Shown: one piece after another, positions 15,994 to 29,265 of the stretch | Layout: each line of letters starts with the position of its first letter | How positions within the stretch are numbered: the stretch's first letter is position 1 | From: the human T2T-CHM13v2.0 reference genome, Homo sapiens | Reading direction: 5' to 3' (one strand) | Length of the DNA: 64,000 bases | Assembly: GCF_009914755.1 (NCBI RefSeq) | Contig: NC_060931.1 | Made by a program: the position numbers and the translations under genes | The notes under the pieces: model-generated | Told to the model about the DNA's origin: nothing | Seen by the model: only the letters and a program-made list of their open reading frames with translations | Database searches by the model: none

Positions 15994-17019
15994 TGAGTTA
16001 CGGTCTGAGCCCAGAAATTGGACAGTGTCAGCTTGTATAGTTTTTACTTAACCAATCTTCTCTGTCTGTATCTCCTTAAATTGTCTTACACAAATGAAGT
16101 AGCTACAGAATGTTTTGAATGGAAAAGCACTAAGGCGCTTTTCTTCCTGGAAGTCAGGCTACACACATCCCCCCGCTTGCCTGGGGTCAGGAAGTTATTG
16201 TACTGCACGGCTCTTTGGCCCTCTATTTTTAATGTGCTAGGGATCCTTTTGTACTCTAGAGCTAAATAAAATATCCATTATGCTTTGGTTATGTTGTTTA
16301 TTCATAATTTATTACCACTGCCTGCTTCCAAAAAAGGAATCTGAAGTTATACGATAGATACAATCTTGCCTCATTGTTATTTGTAGTCATCTTTATACGA
16401 AATATGAAAAAATCTTTAACAATATTGTCTTTTTACCTACATAAGGGCAGTCAGAAATTGATAACCAGAGTTAGATAGAAGTTTAAAATGACTCAACTAT
16501 GTAAGTATGTCATGATGTATAGTGAACTTCTGGAAAATGTCTAATAGCTATAAATAATGTAAAGTCATCAATGTAAGGGTATTGGTAAAGAGAGCCTAAT
16601 TCTCCTGGATGGATGGAAAGGACACCTCTCCCCAGATACCAGTTAGTAGACAGCTTTAAAAGCCAGGGGTCTGAAGGCCATTCTCCCTCAGACCTACCCG
16701 GTGTGGTTTGGAGCTCAAAACAGTGAAACTCCTGGTGTGTGATGTGAGCAAATCATGTTGCCAGAGGGCACATTGCTATTGATTAAACTTGTACAGGGGC
16801 TTGTCAGCGTAGATGTACCAAGGCTTGTGAAGTGGGGGAGGGGACACTTGGCACTTTTGATAGTGTGAAAATGGGTTAATTATTCTCTAAAAGGGCTTCA
16901 TTTAAAAGTAAAATTCTAACATTTTAATTTCCCCTCCTAATGAAGCACTACAAATTTGTTAATTAGAGCAATTGTTTGAGTGACAGGCATGTAACCAAGT
17001 TGTCATTTTCTCTTCACAG

Positions 17020-17049
17020 TTGACAGATCCTTTCAGACCTATGTTAAGG
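17020..17049 (+). CDS. AUTS2: AUTS2 coding exon 13 (30 nt, phase 0-0)
   Basis: ttttctcttcacag|TTG ACA GAT CCT TTC AGA CCT ATG TTA AGG|gtaaga, encoding LTDPFRPMLR. Confidence 0.94.
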
Positions 17050-18741
17050 GTAAGAAAGCTTCTTATAGAACTGTTTTGCAACCTCTATTTGACTCCCTGT
17101 GGGTTAAAAATACAAGTCTATTACAAGGAAATAAGCCATAGAAATGTTGGAATAAGACATTGGAATGACGGTGATTGGGTTTTTCAGATAGTGTGATTGA
17201 AAATGGCCTAAACTGTTTTGCTTTGACCGTTGGAGGCCATTGGCTTTTTTTTTTTATCTCTACAACAGAGAAAAGTCAACGAGTCCGATCTCTTGTTAGC
17301 AGTTCTGGTAAAAGGTTTGACTAGTTGGAACTTAAGGGGAAAGACTGAAGCTATAGGCTGAAGTTAGTCTCTCTTGCACTTAGAAAATATGTAGCTGGGT
17401 CCATTTATTTTGGCTGGTGGCTCCCTCTTTCTGTAGTAAGTGACATTGACTTGCCATAGCCGTTTGACCTCCTTTTAAGGTGCAGGAAGGAGGTACTATA
17501 AGCATCTGGTTTGTTAACATCTTGCTTAAAGCAAATTGTTCTCGAGGTCTGGAGACTGGCCAGTGTGATGACCTCTAAATGAATCCTGGTGGTTGGGGGT
17601 AAGACAGACATGATGAATTGTTGGACAGAAGATGGATGGACAGCAGATTTCTTGCTATGCATAACTCATTTCTAGGGCACATAATCAGATAATTTGATTT
17701 CTCCAGGGGAAAAAGGAGAATTGTGTCATCACTTAGGTGAGGCAGTATATTATTTGTGATTTCAAACTACCCATAATTTCATTGCAAGAGAAGAGAACTG
17801 ACCCAGACTTGCATTTAAGTATATATTTTCGGAACTAACTCCATACTGTAGAAACCAGAAGCTTCTGTTCTTCGCCGATGTAGAATGAGGCTGTGTTTTC
17901 TTCTCATCTGTCCAGTAGTCACTGAGCGCGCACGCCGAGCTTATGGGTAGATTACTTAGCAGAAATGAAGTGAAAAGGTGGTCCCTGCCCGCTGACTGGT
18001 AGAAGAGAATACACTCACAGCACTCCACTCCTTATAAAGCAAGACATGAAATAATTGGGGAGATGTGGATTCAAATTCAACCCCAGAGGGTGGAGGATGG
18101 ACTTGAGATCTGCAGAGGCCTAGATAGAGAACAGGAAGGAAGGAATATTCTTCTCTTTGTTTCTTTCTTTAAACTTAGGAACAGCGCCCACCAACACGAA
18201 TGGGTAGTTGACTCTTAGCATTTACGGTAACTGGGCTTCAATCAAAATGTGAATTTCTTTGTACCACTTTGGGGGTTAAAATAAAAACCACCACGGTCTT
18301 GGGGGAGGTTAGGACAGGTTCTGTACCCTCTCTTATTTTGATTTGACTCACAGACATTCACTAATGAGCTCTTCTGAACAGCTGATTTGCATTATAGCAT
18401 GGCAACATTTGTTAAGTAGGGCTTCCCACTCTACCAGGTCTGCCAGCTGGCAGCAGAAAAGAAAGAGAAGAGGCACAGAGTGGGATTCAGGCTTTTGCCG
18501 TCTTGTCCTTGGTAACCGGGGAGGCCCTTGTCAATGTGGTTTTCTGAGTAGCAAACCCACGTGGGGAGAGAGGGGGAGCTGGCTGTGACTCCCTTATGAC
18601 TGGGCGCTGGAGAGCTACTGATGGAAGGCACTTGGAGAGTACAAAGCACTCTTGTTTCACGAAAAAAGCCTCTGCAGCCAAAATCTGCTGAAAGCTTTGG
18701 GGAAATTGAAGGTGGTTTTCTCTGAAATGTCTTCCTCCTAA

Positions 18742-18858
<117 letters not shown>

Positions 18859-18998
18859 TAGGGAAGAATGGGATGCACATGTGAGTGTGTGACGTGCTCG
18901 GGAGAACCTGATGAAGGAGGCATTTAAAACACATTTTACAGACCCATAGTTAGGAAGGATCAAGCCTCTCTTGGAAAAGCTACTCAGAAGTCTTACTT

Positions 18999-19300
18999 AT
19001 TTTTTCCTAGAGTCAGGGTCTCACTCTGTTGCCCAGGCTGGAGTACAAGGGGACAATCATAGCTCACCACAGCCTTGAATTCCTGGGCTCATGTGATCCT
19101 CCCACCTCAGTCTCCCAAGCAGCTGGGACTTTAGGCATATACCACCATACTTGGCTAATTTCTTGATTGTTGTTTTTGTAGAGATAGATAGGGGTCTCAC
19201 TGTGTTGCCCAGGCTGGTCTCAGACTCCTGGCCCCAAGCAGTTCTCCCACCTGAGCCTCCCAAGTAGCTGGGATTACAGTGCAAGTCACAGCAGCCAGCT
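18999..19300 (-). mobile_element. AluJ (intron 14)
   Basis: Diverged dimeric Alu with J-type arms. Confidence 0.85.
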
Positions 19301-20154
19301 CAGAAATCTTACTGTTAATTAGGGAAACCACTAGTGAAATTACAAAACAAAAGCAAACTGATAATGCCCCAGGGTTTTGTTCCCTTTATAATTTTGTCAT
19401 TTTATTGATCCAAAGGTCTTGAATATGGATTAAATGCTAAAATAAAGCTTTTGGAAATAAAATTATAGTGACCAAGAATTAGAATACAGAAAATACTTTG
19501 CATCTGGGAAGAGCTACAAATGAATGTTGGGTTTGGGTTTTTGTAAAAATAGTGACTGGTGCATTCTTTTCATTTTATGGCTGTGGGAAAATGGTAGAGT
19601 CATGTGTGCCCTATATGAAGATGATGCCGCTGAACTGTCATTGGTCCTCCTGATGGTCAGTGCCAGGGATTGGAATACAGTCAGTACTTGCAGGAGCCAC
19701 GTTCTGGCTAGTTACCTCGCTGTCCAAAGACGATTTTTCCTTTTTGTCTATATTTTCATCATAGGGATGAACATATTCCATGTTCTGCTAGAGCCTTTAT
19801 GACTCAGTAGGGGAGAGATCAAGAACTTCTGCAAGTCCCTGGATACAGCATCAGCGCTTGGCTTAGGGAACAAAGTAACTGACAAGTCTGTATTTTACAG
19901 TCTGGGTATTTATAGGCTATGTTACGATGCCTGCAAAAATGGGAGCAAACAAGCAATCAAGTAACTCCAATAAGCTTCACTTAATCCATTTCTTCATGAA
20001 CAAGCTTTTAGTCCTAACAGCATTTGGGAGTTCTCATGAAAGAAATACAGGAGACCAATGAGCCAGGAGATAGATAGAGCTCTTCATCACAGAAGAGACA
20101 TGTTTTTAAAAGGGTTACGTGATTTTTAAAATAAAACAACCCAAGTTCCAGTCA

Positions 20155-20262
20155 CTGTAGAGGCTGAGGCAGGAGAACCCCTTGAGCCTGGGAGTTTGAG
20201 TCCAGCCTGGGCAACATAGCAAGATCTCATCTCTAAAAAAAAAAAAAAGTAAAAAATAAAAA
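20155..20262 (+). mobile_element. FLAM/Alu monomer fragment
   Basis: gaggctgaggcaggag...cagcctgggcaacatagcaaga plus A tail. Confidence 0.75.
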
Positions 20263-21409
20263 CCCGGTTAAAAGTTTTAAGATGCAAACCTCAGTAAATG
20301 AGGTCACTAAGATATTTTGCTTTGGTTGTCAGATACCTGCTCTTTCTTATAACATGCCATCAGTGAGTTTGGCTCATTTGTACTTTATTGTTAGGGGAAG
20401 TTTAATTGGAAGCCTTGTGGTCTATCTTAGAAAATGTGTGTGCTTTGAAGAGCTAACTAGATTTTGATGATTAGTTCAATTCAGTTTTTGTTCTGGTTGA
20501 TGTGGTTAGTGGAACGGTAGGTAAAGCACATCTTCCTTGTAACTTCTTTGGTTAAAAGAGATGAGGGATGTTGCACGTGCCACTTTAGCAACTTCTTTCC
20601 CATAAAAGTGTCCCCAGTGACTTAAACTTTCATTATCCCAATTCAATTAGAAAGACCTCTTGAACATGAGATAACTTCGTTCATCTTCCCTTTTCAGCAA
20701 ACTGCTTGTAATCCCCAAGCTCCATTTTGCTTCATGGCCCTAAGTTGTGGTTAATGGAACTGTGCTATGTACCATGCAATATTAGCACTAAATAATTTGG
20801 CCACCAAATTAAAGGAGGTATTCAAAAGAATTTTATAGATTCATAGTGAATTAGAAGCTTGGTTTTGAGGCTTGGCTATTACTCGATACTGGGACTTTCA
20901 TTATAGCATTCCCTGTAGATTTGAGCAGAAATTACATCTTCCCTCTCTCTGTAACGTTCATTTACGCATTCTTTTAGTCGTTCACCCAGTGTTTATTGAA
21001 AGAGCCTACGCCTGCAGGTTCCTTACTGTGGCGGGCTGGGGGCATGCATCCTTCCTGGCGTCTAGTTGCTTAGAGTTCAGTAATGAGGATCAGTTGTGTG
21101 TAAAAAGTGAGGAAAGTGTGTGTGCCCTCTTAATGGGTGGTGTCATTTCCAGCTGGAGGTGCACGGGTAGCTTTCGCTTTCAGTAGGGGTGATGGGTGAG
21201 TGGGACGTTGCCGTCAGCAGTAAGAGAACAGCAGACTTCCCTGTCTCAGATCCTCACGCCATGCTCTGTCAATATAGATGCCCCCTCATGGGGCTTTGCT
21301 GTTGTACAGCAGGGCAAGGATCCCTCAGGACATGAGGGAGATTGAGCTGAGGCTAGAATGGGGCTAAAGGGGCTGAGAGCATCAGATGAGTCCGGGAGAT
21401 CAGAAGAGT

Positions 21410-21704
21410 AGCCAGGCACGATGGCTCACTCCTCTAATCCAAGCACTTTGGGAAGCCAAGGCAAGCACTTTGGGATCGCTTGAGCCCAGGAGTTCAAGAC
21501 CAGCCTGGGCAACATAGAGAGAGAGACCTGTCTCTACCAAAATGAAAAAACATTAGCTGGGCATGGTGACATGGATCTGTAGTCCCAGCTACTCAGGAGA
21601 CTAAGGCAAGAGGATGCAGTGAACTATGATTGTGCCACTGCATTTCAGTCTGGGCAAAAGAGCGAGACCCTATCTATCTCATCTCTTTAAAAAAAAAAAA
21701 AAAG
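21410..21704 (+). mobile_element. AluJ with small internal duplication (caagcactttggga x2) and right-arm deletion
   Basis: Alu dimer with A tail at 21689-21703. Confidence 0.85.
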
Positions 21705-22080
21705 AGTGAAAGTCAGAAGCAGGTACTAAGGGCAGTGAAAACCCAGGAGACTGATGGGGAAGAGGTCATAGCAAGGGAAATTCAACTAGAAGCTTCAAGT
21801 CCCAGGACCCCATGCCTTGGGAGCAGTGCTTATCCAAGGCAGTGTGAAGCCAGTTCAAAGAGAAAGCTGTCAAGAAACAAGGAGGTGGGGCAGCTTTGAA
21901 ACCATGCTGGTGCAAGGGCCTCCAGCCTAGAGAAGGATGCCAGGGGAAAAGATTGAGAGGAAGATTAAGACCCAATTTCTACTGCCTAAGAGGATGGTAG
22001 GCGGAAAGATTAGCCTGAGGATAGATAAATAAGACAAAACAGAGTGATTTCTGTCCATGATAAGGACTTCACACAAGAGT

Positions 22081-22312
22081 TTGTTTTTTTTTTTTTGGAG
22101 ACAGCCTCGGTCACAGCAACCTCCGCCTCCTAGGTTCAAGCAATTCTCGTGCCTTAGCCTCCCCAGTAGCTGGGACGACAGGCGTGCACCACCACGCCTG
22201 GCTGATCTTTTGTATTTTAGTAGAGACAGGGTTTCACCATGTTGCCCAGGCTGCCCTTCAACTCCTGAGCTCAGGCAGTCCGCCCGCCTTGGCCTCCCAA
22301 AGCGCTGGGATT
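22081..22312 (-). mobile_element. AluS, internally deleted and 5'-truncated
   Basis: T tail then gagacag...aacctccgcctcc...ctgggatta. Confidence 0.85.
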
Positions 22313-22665
22313 ATGGTTTACTTGTCTGGATGGACACTGCCCTCCCCCAACCTTCCTCAGGTAATTACAGGTAGTAGGAAGAGAAAGGGCCTCTGTTAGT
22401 TAAATTAATACTCCTACTTTGTTTTTCTTTGTTATTGTTATATAACAGTGATCATTTGAAAGTTAGCTTATAGACATGCAAATATTTCTTCATAACTTTT
22501 GGTTACTAATGTACTGTGAGCTATTAGAGTATGGCAAAGAGTCATTAAACAAACAATTAATTTATACAGCAGATTGTTCATGCAGAATTCCTAATAAAAT
22601 GAGCTTTAAGACACTATTATTTTAAACCTTACTAAAATGGGCCTTTACAGCAAAACACTGAACTA

Positions 22666-23214
<549 letters not shown>

Positions 23215-23277
23215 TCACTAACACCTTTATTCCTTGCTGTTGGCCTTGGGACCCTTACTGTTCCCCTTGCTGTGTAG

Positions 23278-23478
<201 letters not shown>

Positions 23479-26400
23479 TAAATGAGGTTTGGGCTCTGAG
23501 CTGCCGCTCAGTCACCACCTACAAAAATACAGTTAATGCCAGCTTGCAAGGCAACATCGCAGCACATCCAGGGATTTGGGAATCTTCATTGATACACTCT
23601 CTTTCATTAAAGGAGGAGGCAGAGATCATCTTTCCCTTACAGGGATTCACATTGCTTCGGTTCATTATTTGCTTCTATATTAAACCAGTATAACTCACAA
23701 GCATGTCAGTTGCTATTGAGAAAGATCTGAAGGCTTGCAAGGGCAGATCGGAAGGAAACAATGCCAGGAATTATAGAAGGATGCGGTCGCCCTTAATACG
23801 GTGCCCGCAGAGCACTGTAATTTTGCACCGGGATGCTCAGTCATGCCGTGTTTTAAAGTCCTGAGGATAAAGAAAGGCGATTAAGGCAGTTGCCAGGAGT
23901 ATGGTCTGTGATAGGGAGGTTGGGCCACTCGGTTGCTGGTTTTCTCTGCTACAAAACGTAATACTATTGCCTGGTTGGTTATAGCGGTGGAAGAAATTTA
24001 GGAAACGGTGTAAACACCCAAGTGACCTGCTCATCGGATCTGTAATTCATTTAACCTCTGAGAATACACACTGTCAAGTGTGCGTGTGGAAGGGGTGAGG
24101 TAGAGAGTGACGATTATGCTCATTCCTGCTCCAGGTACAAACAAAAGACAGCGGCTGTAAGGACTGTGTGTGTGCTGGATGAGAACAGCCCTCTTGGTAT
24201 TAAGGGTTTCTTGTCATTCTGTCTTCTCTAAAGCTTTTTTAAGTGTAATTTCTGGCACACAGAGCTCAGCTCAGTTAACACTTAAAAATGATGGCACTGA
24301 GCTCATTCTGCTAATAACTTCATACCCACTATGCTAAGTAGAATTTATTCTTCTGGACGTAAGCAGTCAAGGGGCTCCCCATTTCTGATCCTTACGAGAC
24401 AAGTCTTACAGCCATCCTGCCAGCTGCCACCCCAGGCTTTTATCCAAGACTCACTGTTGGTGGACCTCTGGCTCTTCTGTTCAGGAAGAGAGAAGCACCC
24501 ACACTGCAAGAAATCATCATTATAATGGGCCTTAGCTACCAAAGCAAGTGCGTCCCCCTGGAGGGTAGATGGAATTTGCTAAGGTCTCAGGTTTTTCTCT
24601 GTCAGTGCTGTCTGGGGACATATTTGAAGGCTCTGTTACCATGGCACCTAGGCTCTGAGACAGGGCTACATGAAGAGCAATTTTTGGAAAGAATAGATTT
24701 CTCTCTGGCTTCCATTTGAGCCAAGTGGATGAATTGGCTTCTTTTGCTTCAATAATTCTGGAACTGCAAGGCACCCCTGGGGGCCCTGGGCTCAGCAAAG
24801 CTCTGGTCTTCATTGAAGCATTAATTAGCTTGCACTACACAGACAGTATGTGGCCAAAATTTTATTTAGCTGACAACACTGCTAACGGCCTGATGAATAT
24901 TCTGGAATATATTCACTTGGTGGAGGCGGGGTATCATTTTTACACTTCCCAGGTGGAAAATAAGCCAGTATGCAGGGCTGAATAGATAACTCCTCAGGTG
25001 TCTTCCAATTCCGAACTACTGTGACGGGGATGATGTTCCTCCTGTACTGAGTGGCTTCCTCTCCAAACCCAGGCCACAAGACTTTTGCAGCCCAGGGAAC
25101 AGCAGTCCAAAACATAAATCGAGTTAACAGAGTGTAGACAGCAACAACCCCTACGTTTAATCCATTTTCCTAAGGGAATTTATATTTGTTTATAGGAACT
25201 TAGACAAAATGCAAAGGATTATGGAACAGTTTTTAGTAAATTCTTTATCCAGGCCTTGTTTATACTTCCATTCTAGAATGTAACCTTCTTTAGCATAAGC
25301 AGTATGGGATTCTGCCCAAAATAGTTATTTGGTGAACCTTGTAACTGATGTGTATAACTTGTACATACTTAAGAAATCCAGCCATTTTCATCTTGCTATT
25401 GGGTGCTAATCCCATGAATATAAACTAGAGACTTCTTCAGATGACCCTGGCAAATCTCTCGTCTAGGACAAAGCCTGCCTTCCAGGAAGCTAGCCTCCTT
25501 AGCTAGTAAGTAGCCTCGTATTAACAAGCCCATTTGGTGCCCTAAGGCCTTTAGAAATGTCCTTCCCTAATTCACATTTGCACACTCTCTTTCTCTGTCT
25601 CCTTCCTTCCTTCCTTTCCTGGCTTCCTTCAGGAACAGGAATAGAGGCATCTTCAAGAAGTACACATTAGGCAAAATACAGAGAAGAGGAGGAAATGTGG
25701 ATCAAGGGACAACTGAAGGAAACCACTAAATTAGACCTGAGTTCCCTGGCAGGCAAAGCAAAAACCTGTCAGAGTCAGTTATAAGATTTTCAGTGCCCCA
25801 AAACATAAGAATCAACCAGCTTTTCCTGGCATTGAAAGTTGAGAGACATCAGAGGACTTCATCTCCTAAAACCTAATTGAGCTCACAATAATGAGTTTTA
25901 TAGAGTCGGGTCTTATAGTATCCTTCGATGTGGGTGCATGCGAACTAACATACTCTTCAGGAGAAGGGATTCTGCAAGTCCCCAGAGCAGCGTAGCCAAG
26001 AACCACAGCTTCAGGACCACCCCTCCTGAGCCAGAGATGATAACGGGCTGGGTTTCTGGAAGTGTTTCTCAAAGTGAAAACTTGGTCCTCCGAGATGCTC
26101 TATGAGGAGTGGATTCCATGATGAAATGTTCCCCTCTTAGAGAACGAAGGAGCCTATAAGCTTATTAATAAGCTTATTAATGGCTCTAAGAAGCCCTTCA
26201 GTAAAGAAACTTGCTTAGCTTTTTTTAATCCAGTATTTCTCCAAATTTACTTGGTTATAAAGCCTCCCCTCCTCCCATGACCCAGGGCAGTTATCTCTGT
26301 CTTTGTAATACTGTGTGTCATCGGCTTAAAAAAGAAATACCTGTTTTTGGTGGTGGCCAGCCACGCTGGGAAAGAGAAAGAGGGATGATTGATTTTCTGC

Positions 26401-26594
26401 TTCCTAAAAAAAAAAAAAAAAAAAAACACACATTTTCTTTTACCCTGTGTCTTGCCTGCAGGGGCCTGGGTGGACTTCAGCCATGACCTCCCTTGAACAT
26501 ATTTTCTCACGGGGCCCTTAAGCAAGTAGAAGCCGGTTGCATCTTCGAAGTTGGCTTTTTGTAAACTCTGGTTTCGTTATGTTTGACTTAACAG

Positions 26595-26672
26595 GTGCTG
26601 CACACCCAACTGGGACCCCTTTTGGGCCACCTCCTCATCACAGCAACTTCCTCAACCCTGCTGCCCACCTAG
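26595..26672 (+). CDS. AUTS2: AUTS2 coding exon 16 (78 nt, phase 1-1)
   Basis: gacttaacag|GT GCT ... CTA G|gtgagt, encoding [26 protein letters not shown]. Confidence 0.95.
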   Translation: MLHTQLGPLLGHLLITATSSTLLPT

Positions 26673-27607
26673 GTGAGTCGCCCAAAATAATGGGAACTGA
26701 GATGTGTGCTTCAGGCAACCCTGCTGTGTTTACCATGCTCCCGCTGCACCTCCGGGCAAGCTGGTGGGAGTCCCAGATACCCTGCTTACCACTTAGGCAG
26801 GAGATGGTGCTCTCTTAGGAGTTTCAGTACATCCCGTCCAGCTTCCAGATTTCATCTCTTACACCGCATTCTTTCGGTAGTAGAGCTGTGCTCGGCAGTG
26901 GTTCTGCCTGAACTTCCCATGGTGCAGTGGGTGAGAGCCATTCCTTGGTATCTCAGGGAATCCGAGTTTACAACAGCCTGTTCCTGCCCATTGGAAGAAG
27001 ATGGTGAGCTCTTGCCCCATAGCAAAGGTCACCTCTAGGAAGCGGAAAGAAACACAAGCTGACGTTATGGAGAGGAGTTATTCTACATCTCACTGCCCCG
27101 ATAAATGAGTCTCTTCCTAATAAAGGTGCATGCTTTGTGTGGCCTTTGTGTATTCGATCCCATCTGCAAGTGTACAGGCAGATTCAGGCATTGGCTTGCA
27201 CAACATCAGGGCATATCATAGGCACGCCCTCAGAGTTTCATCATGGATTCAGATGCCACCTCCTTTCTGTTCTGTTAGAATCTGCAGAGTGCATTCCTGG
27301 CAGAGGCGAGACTGGGCGGGAAGGCAAGTTAGTACATCCTAGCTTGAGTAGTGTCCCCACTGGGCAAAGGAAGAGTAATACAAAATACACAGTTGTAGAA
27401 GAAGAGTCCTCAGAAATATTTTGCTAACCCAGTGCCTAAATCCAAGTGTAATGAAAACCTTTTACACCATCTGGTAGGAAAAGTGGGACAGGCCAGGTGG
27501 GGGCGTAGAGAGGGCAGGGATCCCGCATCGCCCTGCTCCCAGGAAGCTCTGGGTTCCTCTCCCAGCAGAGCCCCTGACCATTTCCTTCTTCCCCATCTTG
27601 TTTGCAG

Positions 27608-27691
27608 AGCCTTTTAATCGGCCGTCTACATTCACAGGCCTAGCAGCAGTTGGTGGCAATGCCTTCGGGGGACTTGGAAATCCTTCCGTTA
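27608..27691 (+). CDS. AUTS2: AUTS2 coding exon 17 (84 nt, phase 1-1)
   Basis: cttgtttgcag|AG CCT ... GTT A|gtgagt, encoding [28 protein letters not shown]. Confidence 0.95.
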
Positions 27692-28821
27692 GTGAGTACC
27701 TCTAACTTTTAAAAATCTGCCTTGGACTTTTTATCTCCTGTGATCCGCATATGGCTCAAGACCTTTCTAGAGAAAAGGAAACTATGCTCTGGGGGGACCA
27801 GTGTAGGTTATATCACTGCAAAAGCAGGCCTTCACAGTGGGGTGAGGTGGAAGTGTGCAGAGCCACCACTGTGAGGGCAGCCCCCTGTGGCTATCCAGTT
27901 CTGAGGGGCAGGAACGGCAGTGTAGTTGATGACCACAGAAAGTTTACTCAAGTGCGGAGTTTCATCCACATCCCATCTCTGCTCTCCAAGATTTTGGCTG
28001 CAGCTCACATTACAAGTGAAAGCAATAGTTACAGCAATAGTTACATTTCATCTTGCCCGTGGCATTCGTGGAATTGAAAAAAGCACAATGAAAAATAGCA
28101 GGAAGACACCACCAGGCTGCGACACCACCAGGCTTGGGATAATCAAGATTTGGCACCATTTTATTCTCCATCATCTAGGAGGACTCTGCAGTTTTCTACT
28201 ATTAAAAAAGCCCATCTCGATTAGGAGAAGAATTACAACCCCATCTCACGTTCTAAACATTAGTGTTTAGTCGCTGAATATGCAAATTATTTTCTTTCAT
28301 GCTACATACCATATATTTCGGGTACAGGAAGAGCTAAAACGTGTCTCTGAGCATACTGTCACAGGTCGGTCTTTATTTAAAACACAGGAAGGAGACCTGT
28401 GTGTCTGGTGAGGGCAAGGTCCTGTCTGGTCTCTGGTGACACTTGAGAGGGCCACGGTGGGTAGAGGAGACAGTGACTTCTACTGTGAATCAATTTAGAA
28501 TTGTTAATCCAAATCCCACCATCATAACACACCCTTCTGCATGCCTGGAACTTCTGCATGCACCAGATACGTTGAATTAGGTCATCTCAATACCCATTTG
28601 GTCCCTTTTCCTTTTTAACTTCCCCTGTCCCCACCTTTGCTTTTGGTTTTAAAAAGAAAAAAAAAAGCTGTGAGCTACCTCTCCAGTGTAGGACAAGACT
28701 TCCTCTAATGAATTTGTTAATCTCCTTTCCTTTTCCAGCTCCCAATAATATGTATTCATTTTAACTCTGAATGCTGTTAAAAGTTTTTTGGTAAGTACCT
28801 TCATTACAGCAGATTATATAA

Positions 28822-29265
<444 letters not shown>

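Noticed and set aside
25565-25672. Strong-looking acceptor after a (CCTT)n-like tract in intron 15
   Set aside because: No credible GT donor or poly(A) signal follows; the tract looks like a simple repeat.
28021-28133. Two short tandem duplications (agcaatagttac x2; acaccaccaggct x2)
   Set aside because: Ordinary slippage-type duplications with no associated motif.
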